From NCBI GenBank assembly GCA_965207365.1, contig OZ242281.1, positions 2,173,331 through 2,237,330 of the forward strand: 64,000 bases of DNA. The letters are read 5' to 3'. The first letter of the stretch is position 1, and each line of letters starts with the position of its first letter. Shown piece after piece: positions 8,703-17,904 of this stretch. Source of the DNA: Dehalococcoidia bacterium (GTDB lineage: Bacteria; Chloroflexota; Dehalococcoidia; Bin125). The position numbers and the translations under genes were made by a program. The notes below the pieces were generated by a model. It was not told the DNA's origin and did no database searches. It saw only the letters and a program-made list of their open reading frames with translations.

Positions 8703-9026
8703 TCAACTGTCCCCTCGTTTGCCGCCGAGGACGTCGAACATTCTCTGGATTCTGGACGCTGTGGCGTAGGCGCGGATGACTGGTTCGGCAGCGGAGTCGC
8801 CGAGGAATTCGGCCGTGCCCTTGACGGTCTTGACCGTCTCCTGCGCGTTCTCGAGTAGCGGCGGGACGCCTTCCTGGAACGTCTTGCGGGCCGCTCGCAG
8901 CAGCCGGAAGGAGAGGAATCCGACGACGATGGTGGCGATGATCATCACGAACAGGGCGACCACGCCCAGCAATCCGGCCACGATGATCACGATGTCTCTG
9001 ATGTCGGTGATGGTGCTCAACGCCAT
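8703..9026 (-). CDS. DUF948-like membrane protein
   Basis: N-terminal TM (IVIIVAGLLGVVALFVMIIATIVVGFL) plus a helical soluble region. This is the typical partner of YtxH-like genes. Confidence 0.5.
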   Translation of the reverse strand: MALSTITDIRDIVIIVAGLLGVVALFVMIIATIVVGFLSFRLLRAARKTFQEGVPPLLENAQETVKTVKGTAEFLGDSAAEPVIRAYATASRIQRMFDVLGGKRGDS

Positions 9027-9040
9027 GCCGTGAGCCTACC

Positions 9041-10093
9041 TCAAGCAGTCGACTCCACTGTGCCGCCGCCGAGCACGCGGTCGCCGTCGTAGAACACCGC
9101 CGCCTGTCCCCGAGCGACGGCTCGGGCTGGTTGGTCGAGGTTCAGTACTGAGCCCTCCAGCCGGGCGCTGAGTGGACGGGCGCGATAGCGAATCTGTATA
9201 TCGAGCTCTTCCGTTGGCTCCGACAGCCAGTGAATGTCGGACAGTTCAATTCGGTTGACCAGCAGCTCGGCGGCGCTGCCGACGGTGACGACGTTCGACT
9301 CGGCGTCGATGCCGGTCACGAATTGGCGCTCTCCGCCACCGCCGGTCTGAAGGCCCTTACGCTGGCCGATGGTGAAGTGCTGGATGCCCTGGTGCTGGCC
9401 GATTTCGTTGCCCTCGACATCCAGCATTAGTCCGGGGCGGTCGGCGATCTTGGTGGCCACGACGGCTCGGTAGTCGCCGCCGGGGACGAAGCAGATGTCC
9501 GCGCTCTCGGGCTTGTCGGCGACGGCGAGCGCGTGCCGTTCGGCGACAGTCCTGACCTCGGACTTTTGCAGCCCTCCGACCGGGAATGTAGTCATGGCCA
9601 GAGCCTCCGGCGTCAGGGTGTAGAGGAAGTAGGACTGATCCTTGTCCTGGTCGACACCTCGCAGGAGTTGTGGTTCGCCGTTCGACCCAAACTGTGTGCG
9701 TGCGTAGTGACCCGTTGCAATCCAGTCAGCGCCGAGGGCGCGGGCGCGCTCGAGAAAGGCGTCGAACTTGATGAAGGTGTTGCAGTTGAGACAGGGATTC
9801 GGCGTGCGGCCGTTGGCGTACTCGTCGATGAACTGATCAACGACGAACTTGCGGAATGGGCGCTCGAGATTGAGTGTGTAGTGCGGGATGCCCAATCGCT
9901 GGGCGACCCGACGTGCGTCGCCGATGTCCTCGATTGCGCAGCACTGGCTGCGGCCGGTGTAATCCTCGGGACGCGCCTCGGTCCAGAGACGCATCGTGAT
10001 CCCGATCACCTCGTAGCCCTGCTCGACCAGCAGCGCTGCCGCGACGGACGAGTCCACGCCACCGCTCATGCCGACGACGACTCGCTCAGCCAT
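9041..10093 (-). CDS. mnmA: tRNA 2-thiouridine(34) synthase MnmA
   Basis: PP-loop VVVGMSGGVDSSVAAALL, plus NPCLNCN and ATGHYAR. Start taken at ATG 10093. Confidence 0.92.
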   Translation of the reverse strand: MAERVVVGMSGGVDSSVAAALLVEQGYEVIGITMRLWTEARPEDYTGRSQCCAIEDIGDARRVAQRLGIPHYTLNLERPFRKFVVDQFIDEYANGRTPNPCLNCNTFIKFDAFLERARALGADWIATGHYARTQFGSNGEPQLLRGVDQDKDQSYFLYTLTPEALAMTTFPVGGLQKSEVRTVAERHALAVADKPESADICFVPGGDYRAVVATKIADRPGLMLDVEGNEIGQHQGIQHFTIGQRKGLQTGGGGERQFVTGIDAESNVVTVGSAAELLVNRIELSDIHWLSEPTEELDIQIRYRARPLSARLEGSVLNLDQPARAVARGQAAVFYDGDRVLGGGTVESTA

Positions 10094-10136
10094 GCGCGAC
10101 TCCCCGATTGTCAACCTGAGCGTTATCATTGACCGC

Positions 10137-10532
10137 GTGACCACTCAAGCGACGGATCTCAAACCATCCGCTTCGGGCCACATCCGTAGCACAAAGGAAG
10201 ACGCGGAACGGCTTGCTCGCGCTGTCGTGGAACAGCTTGACGAGCGGCAGGCCGAAGCGATCGTCCTGCTTGATGTTGAACCGCACACCGACCTCGCCGA
10301 CTACTTCGTGATTGCCTCTGCGACCTCGCGCCGACAGTTCGGCGCGCTTGAGGATGCGCTGCGTCATGTGCCCGACACCGAACATCCGCGTCGGGAAGGT
10401 GGCTCCGAGGGTGGCTGGCTGCTGTGTGACTATGGCTCGGTCGTGGTGCATATCTTTGACCGCGAAACGCGCGAATACTACGACCTCGATGGACTCTGGT
10501 CGCAGGCGGACACCTTGCTGCGCGTCGAGTAG
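10137..10532 (+). CDS. rsfS: ribosome silencing factor RsfS
   Basis: IVLLDVEPHTDLADYFVIASATSRRQ...GGWLLCDYGSVVVHIFDRETREYYDLDGLW. In-frame GTG 10137 avoids overlap with mnmA. Confidence 0.85.
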   Translation: MTTQATDLKPSASGHIRSTKEDAERLARAVVEQLDERQAEAIVLLDVEPHTDLADYFVIASATSRRQFGALEDALRHVPDTEHPRREGGSEGGWLLCDYGSVVVHIFDRETREYYDLDGLWSQADTLLRVE

Positions 10533-10559
10533 CGACGCGCTTTCGGCGCCACTTCTAAG

Positions 10560-11015
10560 TTACTCGTAAATCCAGCCCTCGACGTCTCGAGACCAGTCGA
10601 CCAGCTCAGCAGCATCGAAGAAGAGCGCCAGTTCGCGCTCGCCTGACTCGGGCGAGTCGGAGCCGTGGATCACGTTGCGGCCCAGGTCGACGCCGAAGTC
10701 GGCGCGGATGCTGCCGGGCGCAGCGTCAACCGGGTTGGTTGCGCCCATCGTGTTGCGGACGAGTTGGACGGCATTCTGACCCTCGAAGGCGGCGGCGACC
10801 AGCGGTCCCGAGGTAATGAAGTCGCGCAGTCCTGGGAAGAACGGTTTCTCGACGTGCTCGGCGTAGTGCTGGTTGGCCAGCGATTCGTCCATCTGCATCA
10901 GCTTGAGGCCGATCAGTTTCAGTCCGCGGTGCTCGAGGCGGGACAGCACCTGGCCAATCAGGCCGCGCTGAACGCCGTCGGGCTTGACCAGGACGAGTGT
11001 GCGTTCGGTGGACAT
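10560..11015 (-). CDS. ndk: nucleoside-diphosphate kinase
   Basis: ERTLVLVKPDGVQRGLIG...NVIHGSDS. ATG 11015 is preceded by GGAG. Confidence 0.92.
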   Translation of the reverse strand: MSTERTLVLVKPDGVQRGLIGQVLSRLEHRGLKLIGLKLMQMDESLANQHYAEHVEKPFFPGLRDFITSGPLVAAAFEGQNAVQLVRNTMGATNPVDAAPGSIRADFGVDLGRNVIHGSDSPESGERELALFFDAAELVDWSRDVEGWIYE

Positions 11016-11134
11016 GGGACGCTCCAAGGAGTGGATTGTGGTGAATGTCGGATGATCGGAGTCAGCCTATGACGGCGTGGCGTATTGGTCGTTGTCGGAT
11101 GGATCAGATCAGTCCCTTGCGCGAGCCACCACTT

Positions 11135-11283
11135 CGTCATTGCCGCGCTCCGACGCGGCAATCTCGCAGGGTACAACTCCGACGTTTGTATCCGTGGAGC
11201 GTCGCCTGGCTCCCCCCCAGCCACCTTCTAACTAACGTGCAGCGCGCTGCGAGATACCCGCGCCGGAGTGCGGGTATGACGGA
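11135..11283. repeat. REP-like palindromic units (two, opposite orientation)
   Basis: cgtcattgccgcgctccgacgcggcaatctcgcag (11135-11169) and gcgagatacccgcgccggagtgcgggtatgacgg (11249-11283). Confidence 0.75.
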
Positions 11284-11313
11284 GGTTGAGGGTTGGCGTC
11301 TCAGAAGTGGACC

Positions 11314-12021
11314 CTATTGCGGAGGCTGCGGACCAATCGCCGGCTCGCGCAGGTAGAGCGGCTCGAGCGCCGCCGGCGGGACTCCTTGTCCGTCCTGCAG
11401 CCGGCGCCAGCCGAGTTCGGCGAGTATGCCGGCGCGGCGGACGTTGAGAGAGGCGGGCGAGCATGTCCAGCCGGCGTCGATGAGCGAGGCTATGGCGTCG
11501 CTCTCGATCCGGTCTGGTTCTCCGCAGATGACGCCGGCATTGCCGACGATCCGTCTGGCATCGCCCAGCGCTCGCAGGAGCTCGAATTCCTCGCCGGTTC
11601 TGGCAGGTCCAAGCTCAGTCCATTGATCCAGCGAGCCGGAAAACATCTGCCATGCCCAGGTTGATCGGGCGGCTCGATGGATGGCGGCAGCGAGGCCGCT
11701 GGCAGCGTGCTGATAGGCCTCAATCTCCAGCCGGCCGACGCCAACGCATTGCAGGTCGAGCGCGACGGCCAGACCTTCGGCCGCAGCCATGCCGGAGCGA
11801 ATGCCGCCGTAGGCGCCGGGACCGACATCCACGAAGACGGCCTCGAGCTCTTGCTTGACCACCCCCGTGTTGCCTGTCTGGCGGCAGACGAAGTCGATCA
11901 TGGGCGTCAGCGACGGCGTATGTCGTCGCCCGGAGCGCCAGTTGATCTCGGTCAGCACGTGTCCCTGTTCGCTGATGGCGACGCTGGACTGTTCGCCAAC
12001 GGTGTCTATCGAGAGTTCCAT
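11314..12021 (-). CDS. tsaB: tRNA t6A37 biosynthesis protein TsaB
   Basis: MELSIDTVGEQSSVAI...VDVGPGAYGGIRSGMAAAEGLAVAL. Overlaps the tsaE stop by 1 nt. Confidence 0.85.
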   Translation of the reverse strand: MELSIDTVGEQSSVAISEQGHVLTEINWRSGRRHTPSLTPMIDFVCRQTGNTGVVKQELEAVFVDVGPGAYGGIRSGMAAAEGLAVALDLQCVGVGRLEIEAYQHAASGLAAAIHRAARSTWAWQMFSGSLDQWTELGPARTGEEFELLRALGDARRIVGNAGVICGEPDRIESDAIASLIDAGWTCSPASLNVRRAGILAELGWRRLQDGQGVPPAALEPLYLREPAIGPQPPQ

Positions 12022-12557
12022 CAGACGGGCACCGATTGGAGCGTCTTGGCCAGTTCGGTCAGCAGCGTCGTCGCGCCATCGCCCTGTGCAGTCAGGACCA
12101 ACTCGCGTGGCGAGGAGTCGAGGGCCTCTTCGGAAATGTCTTCAGAGAGCGGCGCAAGATTGACGTGCAGATGGTCGGTTGGCAGTGCGCCGGACGCGCG
12201 TTCTGGCCACTCGACCAACAGGATGCCGCCATCTGCGGCCTGATCGAGGCCCAGTTCTGCGATCAAGTCGACGTCGTCGAGGCGGTAGAGATCGGCGTGC
12301 CGCATGGGCAGGCGTCCGCCGAGATGTTCATTCATCAGGACGAACGTGGGGGAATTGACGACCGTCGGCGCGTCGAGACCGCGTCCGACGCCTTGCGCAA
12401 ACACCGTCTTGCCCGCGCCCAAATCGCCCTGCAGCAGGACCACAGTCCCCGCTGGCGCGTGGCGTCCGACCGCAGCGCCGACCTCGCGAGTGGCCTCGGC
12501 GTCGACGCAGGTCAGGCGGAGTATCTGTCTCTCAGATGATGGTTTGGCGCGTGTCAT
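12021..12557 (-). CDS. tsaE: tRNA t6A37 biosynthesis ATPase TsaE
   Basis: P-loop LLQGDLGAGKTVFAQGVGRGL followed by SPTFVLMNEH. Confidence 0.88.
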   Translation of the reverse strand: MTRAKPSSERQILRLTCVDAEATREVGAAVGRHAPAGTVVLLQGDLGAGKTVFAQGVGRGLDAPTVVNSPTFVLMNEHLGGRLPMRHADLYRLDDVDLIAELGLDQAADGGILLVEWPERASGALPTDHLHVNLAPLSEDISEEALDSSPRELVLTAQGDGATTLLTELAKTLQSVPV

Positions 12558-12593
12558 AGGTCGAGTTTAACCCTGAGGACGTATTCTGAGCAC

Positions 12594-13616
12594 ATGGACA
12601 AGATTCATATCGCCAATTTCCTGCAGGTTCCAGAGTCTTCGCTCGATGTGATTCGCGCTGTCGATTCACGCATCGAAATTCACAATGTGTCGCACAATCT
12701 GGCCCGCTACATGCGAGAGCCGGACCATCCTCAGGTCGATGTGGGAGCAGCGATCGAGGAAGGCGTTGAGATCCAGCAGCGTGATCGGATCTGGTTCACG
12801 TTCTTCAGCGGCGACCTGGCCGGTGAGGCGTCGGCCTTGGAATGGATTGCCCTGGCGTCGGCTGGAGCGAATCAGATACTCGACCGGCCGATTGGCGAGG
12901 ACGTAGTAATCACCAAGATGCCCGGTCTGGCGGCTCGCGTCATCGGCGAGTGGGTGCTGACCTTTATGTTGATGGACGTGAAGCGAATGATCCGATTGAT
13001 CGAAGCGCATCGCGCAGGCACGTGGGCACGCTCGGATCCCGAGACGCTCGAGGGCGCCACGGTGGGAATCATTGGCTACGGCGCGATCGGCTCTGAGATC
13101 GCGCGATTCTGCGACGCCTTTGGCGCTCGCGTGGTTGGCATCAGACGACGAGCATCGGGCGATGGCACGCCGCCAGCGGATGCGCCCGATTCTGTGGCCT
13201 ATGTTTGGCCGCCAGAACGACTGCACGATGTACTCAGCGAGTCCGACTATGTGGTCCTCGCGGTTCCACTCACAGAAGACACCTACCACTTGATTGGAAA
13301 TCGGGAGTTGGCCGCGATGAAGCCTGGCGCGGCTCTGATCAACATCGCTCGCGGCGAAGTGGTTGACTGGGATGCTCAGGTCGCTGCACTCGAAAGCGGC
13401 GAGCTGCGAGCTTCGTACACGGACGTGACCACGCCTGAACCGCTTCCCGACGGGCACGAGTTGTGGAGCGTGCCGAGCCTGTTCATCACTCCTCACAACA
13501 GCGGTCTGCAGCCCAACTATTTCGGCAAGGCCGCCTATCGGTTCGCCGAGAACCTGCGTCGGTTCATCAACAACGAGCCCCTGCGCGACGTCGTGGACCG
13601 CCATGCCGGCTACTGA
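12594..13616 (+). CDS. D-isomer-specific 2-hydroxyacid dehydrogenase
   Basis: NAD fold GATVGIIGYGAIGSEIARFCDAFGARVVGIRR, plus INIARGEVVD and TPHNSG. Confidence 0.85.
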   Translation: MDKIHIANFLQVPESSLDVIRAVDSRIEIHNVSHNLARYMREPDHPQVDVGAAIEEGVEIQQRDRIWFTFFSGDLAGEASALEWIALASAGANQILDRPIGEDVVITKMPGLAARVIGEWVLTFMLMDVKRMIRLIEAHRAGTWARSDPETLEGATVGIIGYGAIGSEIARFCDAFGARVVGIRRRASGDGTPPADAPDSVAYVWPPERLHDVLSESDYVVLAVPLTEDTYHLIGNRELAAMKPGAALINIARGEVVDWDAQVAALESGELRASYTDVTTPEPLPDGHELWSVPSLFITPHNSGLQPNYFGKAAYRFAENLRRFINNEPLRDVVDRHAGY

Positions 13617-14568
13617 GTCCGACGCGCCTGTCGTAGCGGGGCCGAGCCTGCGTCGCCACGGCATCTACATGCCTCCACGCGGAACGTACGTGGAAGTGGG
13701 CCGGACTCGAGACATCTCGCGGATGCCCAATCCCGACATCCGCTTCGGCTTCTGCCGTTGGCCGTCCGAGCTGATTGCTTACCTGGAACCAGACGACGCT
13801 GTCACTGATGCGGCGGTGCGGCTGCGGCAACTTGGTCCGAAGCTGGTCCTGGCGTTACAAGCGATGCAACTGCCGCTGGAAGATCTGAAGAATCGAACCG
13901 TCGGCGCGATAGAGGAAGAACTCACACAGGAGATGGTCGAGCGTACGCCACTACAGGTCGATCTGGTGGCTCGCTATCTCGCCGAACTGCTTGATCACGT
14001 GGCCACCGTGATTCCGTTCTGTTACGACGACGATGGCGCCGCGCTGCTGGATCGGCGAGGCAGTCTGAGGCGGATGGCACACGGTCCATTGGCCGACGTT
14101 GACCCGCTACTCGCCGAGATTGTCGCGCCAGGTGGAGACTTGCCGGTCTGGGCCGAGACTCTGGCGAGCACAACGATTGGCGCGGATTCCGACTTCTCAG
14201 CGCTGCCGCTGGCCAACGATCCGAACATCTACCTGATCACCAATCATCCCAACTTTGAAGCGGCCGATCCCGAGCAGAAGATTGAGGCGCTCAAGGCGTC
14301 AGCCCGTCAGACGATTGCCGCGGCTGAGGCGATCGATGCGTCGTTGACGGACATGTTCCTCTGGCTCGAGGCGCTGCTCGACCATCTGATCGACGTCGTC
14401 TGCGACCGCGTGGACGATGATGGTCGATTGCGACAGCGGTGGTCGACGGACGAGTGGACGGTGATCCAGCGACTGACGTTCTTCGACACCGACGCAGCGC
14501 TCGCGGTCACCCGGACGTTCCCAGCGATTTCGGATGGGCCACTGCTGCCGGGGACTGAGTCGGAGTAG
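13603..14568 (+). CDS. hypothetical protein with internal duplication
   Basis: Overlaps the upstream stop by 14 nt. Internal repeat: LAELLDHVATVIPFCYDDDGAALLDRRGS versus LEALLDHLIDVVCDRVDDDGRLRQRWST. No family recognised. Confidence 0.5.
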   Translation: MPATESDAPVVAGPSLRRHGIYMPPRGTYVEVGRTRDISRMPNPDIRFGFCRWPSELIAYLEPDDAVTDAAVRLRQLGPKLVLALQAMQLPLEDLKNRTVGAIEEELTQEMVERTPLQVDLVARYLAELLDHVATVIPFCYDDDGAALLDRRGSLRRMAHGPLADVDPLLAEIVAPGGDLPVWAETLASTTIGADSDFSALPLANDPNIYLITNHPNFEAADPEQKIEALKASARQTIAAAEAIDASLTDMFLWLEALLDHLIDVVCDRVDDDGRLRQRWSTDEWTVIQRLTFFDTDAALAVTRTFPAISDGPLLPGTESE

Positions 14569-14605
14569 TTGGGGTCGCATGGGAAATTCGAGCCACTTAC
14601 CAGTT

Positions 14606-14823
14606 CGTCATTCCAGCGGCAAGCGGAGGCCTTTGAAAAACTCCCCTTCTCCCCCCTTGCGGGGGAGATGCCGAAGGCAGAGGGGGGGGTCCGCTGTTCA
14701 GGAGCCCTATCTGGTCATCATCAGCCGTCCCCCCTCTGTCACTCCGTGACATCTCCCCCCGCAAGGGGGGGAGAGGGGATTCGGGAGTTTTGCAAAGGCC
14801 TCCGACAAGCGCGGGCATGACGG
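14606..14823. mobile_element. MITE-like palindromic element, copy 1 (core 14627-14801) inside a REP-like hairpin
   Basis: Imperfect terminal inverted arms of ~45-50 nt (aggcctttgaaaaactcccc..ccttgcgggggagatg / catctccccccgcaaggggggg..ttttgcaaaggcct). Near-identical copies at 29738-29931 and 49343-49515. Confidence 0.7.
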
Positions 14824-14860
14824 AATTCGGATCAGGTTCAGGTCGCCTCTGCTGACTGCC

Positions 14861-15991
14861 CTACTCCACGCAGGCAGCGGCCATCGTGCCGATTCTGGCG
14901 GTACGCTCTCGGATGTTCTCGTCCTGCTGGAAGCCGTTGGTCAGGAATCCCACTGAGAGGCCGGTCTCTGGGTCTCCCCAGGCGATCTGTCCTCCCGCTC
15001 CGGCGTGACCGAAGGCGCTTGGCGATGCGCCCTGGCCGAATCCACGCTCCTCGGTCAGACCGTCTTCCCCTGCGAGGACCACGGTCAGCGCGCGGTTGAC
15101 GTGGATGCCGGAAAGTGGGTCAGTGTGGCGATCGGGATTCGTGCCGACGGTTGTGCCCAGTTCGATCGCGCTCTTTCCGAGCGGGCCGTCTTCCGACGGC
15201 TTGATCAGATGCTGATAGAACATCGCCACATCGGCTGCGTTGGCGAACGCGCCGCCGCCGGGGCATCCCGCTCGGCGCTGGGAGGCGAGGTTGAAGTGCA
15301 GAATGGTCTGCGGGAAGACCTCGCCGCCGTCCACGGGCAGCGGCTCCTCGGTGTAGACGATCGATGCTGCGCGTTCGTGCTCCTCATTGGGCAGGCCGAC
15401 GAAGAGGTTGTCGAGTCCCATTGGGTCGAGCAGATTGGTTCGCAGCCAATCGCGGAAATCCTCACCCGTTTTCTGCTCGATGATTTCAGCCAGTACCCAG
15501 TGGGCTGAGGTCGCGTGGTACTCCCACTGCGAGTCCGGCGTCCAGTTGAGCCGCCAACCCATCATCCGACGCAGCCGCGCGTCTCGATCTTCCCAGAGTC
15601 GTGGGTTCATGGGCGCGTGCGGGAAGCCGCCCGTGTGCAGCATGACGTTGCGAACGGTGACATCGGCGTAGGCAATCTCGCCGTTGCCCTCGGCGCACCA
15701 GCCGGGAATGATGTCGACGACGCGCTCATCGAGATCGAGCAGTCCTTCGTCAAGCAGCTTCCAGACACCGACGCCGACGATCGCCTTGGTCGACGAGAAC
15801 ATGCAGAACAAGGTGTCGTCGCGCGCTGATGCGACCGATGCGCCCTGGTGCGCGACACCGAACGTTTTGAATCCTGCGATTTCGCCGTCGTGCCCGATGG
15901 CGATCTGCGCCGCGGGCACCTTTGCGTCAGTGACGATGCCTTCGACGTAATCGAAGAGATCGTTGAGTTTGTCCTGGTTGATTGAAGTCAT
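14861..15991 (-). CDS. beta-lactamase-family serine hydrolase
   Basis: SxxK motif in FSSTKAIVGVGVWKL, with the class-C/esterase-like pattern. ATG 15991 is preceded by GAGGTGGAG. Confidence 0.8.
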   Translation of the reverse strand: MTSINQDKLNDLFDYVEGIVTDAKVPAAQIAIGHDGEIAGFKTFGVAHQGASVASARDDTLFCMFSSTKAIVGVGVWKLLDEGLLDLDERVVDIIPGWCAEGNGEIAYADVTVRNVMLHTGGFPHAPMNPRLWEDRDARLRRMMGWRLNWTPDSQWEYHATSAHWVLAEIIEQKTGEDFRDWLRTNLLDPMGLDNLFVGLPNEEHERAASIVYTEEPLPVDGGEVFPQTILHFNLASQRRAGCPGGGAFANAADVAMFYQHLIKPSEDGPLGKSAIELGTTVGTNPDRHTDPLSGIHVNRALTVVLAGEDGLTEERGFGQGASPSAFGHAGAGGQIAWGDPETGLSVGFLTNGFQQDENIRERTARIGTMAAACVE

Positions 15992-16075
15992 TCGGCGCTC
16001 CACCTCTGCAAGCCTGTCACTCTGCGAGCCTGGCTAACGTGCGGCAAGTCTAGGCGGTCGCGTAGGCTGTCGCTC

Positions 16076-17011
16076 ATGCCGCCAGCGATCAGTATTCGTG
16101 GAGTCAGCAAACGCTACGGAGCCGTCACGGCTGTGGACGGTATCGATCTGGAGATTGAGTCGGGGCAGGTCTACGCGCTGCTGGGTCCGAATGGCGCCGG
16201 CAAGACGACGCTGATCGAGATCCTCGAGGGATATCGAGAGCGCGACGCTGGGGAAGTCTCGGTGCTCGGTTTCGATCCACAGCGTCAACGTGGAGAGCTC
16301 AACCGGCAGGTCGGCATCGTACTGCAGCGCAGCACTCCGATGGAGGGCCTGACGCCTCGCGAGATGCTCAACTTCACCGCGAAGTTGTATGACCATCCAA
16401 TGCCGACTGACGAAGTGCTCGAGCTGGTTGGCCTGACGGAGCACGCCGATCGTCGGGGCTCGAAACTCTCCGGTGGCCAGAAGCGTCGTGTCGACCTTGC
16501 GACCAGCGTGATTGGTAATCCGGACCTGATTTTCCTCGACGAACCAACCACAGGATTTGACGTCACGGCCCGTCGTCAAGCCTGGGAGGTCGTGCGTGGG
16601 CTCACCGAGCGGGGCGCAACGGTGATCCTGACCACTCATTACCTCGATGAGGCTGAGACCCTGGCGCAGCGCATTGGCCTGATCAAGGACGGCCGGATCA
16701 TGTTCGAAGGCGACATCAACGCCTTGCGTCGTGAGATGGAGACCGACACGCGGATCTCGTGGCACCCACCAATGGGATTCGATCTCTCTGACCTGTTGGA
16801 CGAGTGGAAGTCGGTCCGGATCGGTACCGACGGCCGCTTGTCGTTACCCACACAGGAGCCGACGCGCCACCTGTCGCGTCTGATTGATTGGGCGCGCAAT
16901 CGCGGCTTGGACGAGATTCCTGAGTTGCAAGTCGAACGGCCGGACCTGGAGGAGATGTACCTCGATCTGGTTGACGACAGCAGCGCGTTGGGATCGGTGG
17001 AGCGCTCGTGA
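16076..17011 (+). CDS. ABC transporter ATP-binding protein (ABC-2/DrrA-like exporter type)
   Basis: Walker A LLGPNGAGKTT, signature LSGGQKRR and Walker B LIFLDEPT. GTGA overlap with the downstream ABC-2 permease. Confidence 0.9.
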   Translation: MPPAISIRGVSKRYGAVTAVDGIDLEIESGQVYALLGPNGAGKTTLIEILEGYRERDAGEVSVLGFDPQRQRGELNRQVGIVLQRSTPMEGLTPREMLNFTAKLYDHPMPTDEVLELVGLTEHADRRGSKLSGGQKRRVDLATSVIGNPDLIFLDEPTTGFDVTARRQAWEVVRGLTERGATVILTTHYLDEAETLAQRIGLIKDGRIMFEGDINALRREMETDTRISWHPPMGFDLSDLLDEWKSVRIGTDGRLSLPTQEPTRHLSRLIDWARNRGLDEIPELQVERPDLEEMYLDLVDDSSALGSVERS

Positions 17012-17835
17012 GTACGGCTGCCGCTTGGAGGAGCGTCCGGCTGGGCTACGCCTATACGTTGCTCAGTCTGAAGATGGTCTATCGCGAACCCGCGGCCGTG
17101 TTCTTCATGGTGCTGTTTCCCGTTCTGTTCCTGGTCATCTTCTCGTCGCTGCTGACATTCGAAATCGGTGTGCCCGAAGGCGCCGAGGGCCAGGTGCCTG
17201 CCATCAAATTCAGTCAGTACTTCGTCGCCGGGATTCTTGGCGTCGCGATCTTCGGCACGTCGTTCAACCTGCTTGGTAACTCGCTGGCGATTCAGCAGTA
17301 CGACGGCACGCTCAAGCAACTGGCCGCAACTCCCCTGCCCAAGACGTCGTTCTTCATGGGGCTGGTTGGTACGGCACTCTTCTATACGCTGCTGCAGCTC
17401 GTTGTGATGATTGCGCTCGGCGTGCTGGCCTATGGAGTGGAGTTGCCCGATGCCAGCGGCTGGCTGACACTGATCTGGATCATCCTGCTCGGCGTGCCGG
17501 CCGGCTGTGTCATGGGAGTCGCGATTACGGCGATCATTCCTTCGGCCCGCGCAGCGCCGGCTGTCATCCAGGCCCCGTTCATCATCTTCCAGTTCATTTC
17601 GGGCGTGTTCTTTACGCTCTCCTCCCTGCCGACCTGGCTGCAATGGGTCGCAGGGGTGTTTCCACTGCGCTGGGTGGCGCAGGGACTGCGCTCGGTCTTC
17701 TTGCCCGACGCATACAAGTACGCCGAACCAGGCATGAATTGGCAACTCGACATCGCGGCGATCGTGCTCGCAGTCTGGATCGTGGTCGGTCTGGGATTGG
17801 CCGTGTTGACGTTCAAGTGGGATCGGTCGGGCTGA
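17008..17835 (+). CDS. ABC-2 type transporter permease
   Basis: Membrane protein with six TM segments, translationally coupled to the ATPase gene. Confidence 0.8.
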   Translation: MSTAAAWRSVRLGYAYTLLSLKMVYREPAAVFFMVLFPVLFLVIFSSLLTFEIGVPEGAEGQVPAIKFSQYFVAGILGVAIFGTSFNLLGNSLAIQQYDGTLKQLAATPLPKTSFFMGLVGTALFYTLLQLVVMIALGVLAYGVELPDASGWLTLIWIILLGVPAGCVMGVAITAIIPSARAAPAVIQAPFIIFQFISGVFFTLSSLPTWLQWVAGVFPLRWVAQGLRSVFLPDAYKYAEPGMNWQLDIAAIVLAVWIVVGLGLAVLTFKWDRSG

Positions 17836-17904
17836 ACCGTTGTCTGTGGTGGGTGTGTCGGCTCGATATGATCAATACTGAGTTCCCAAGCAGGGCGCAG
17901 AGCG

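Noticed and set aside
16076-17011. Could this ABC ATPase be the missing energiser of the Dpp/Opp-like locus?
   Set aside because: It overlaps (GTGA) its own ABC-2 exporter permease and is a single-NBD DrrA-like type, not a DppD/F-type with the C-terminal oligopeptide extension.
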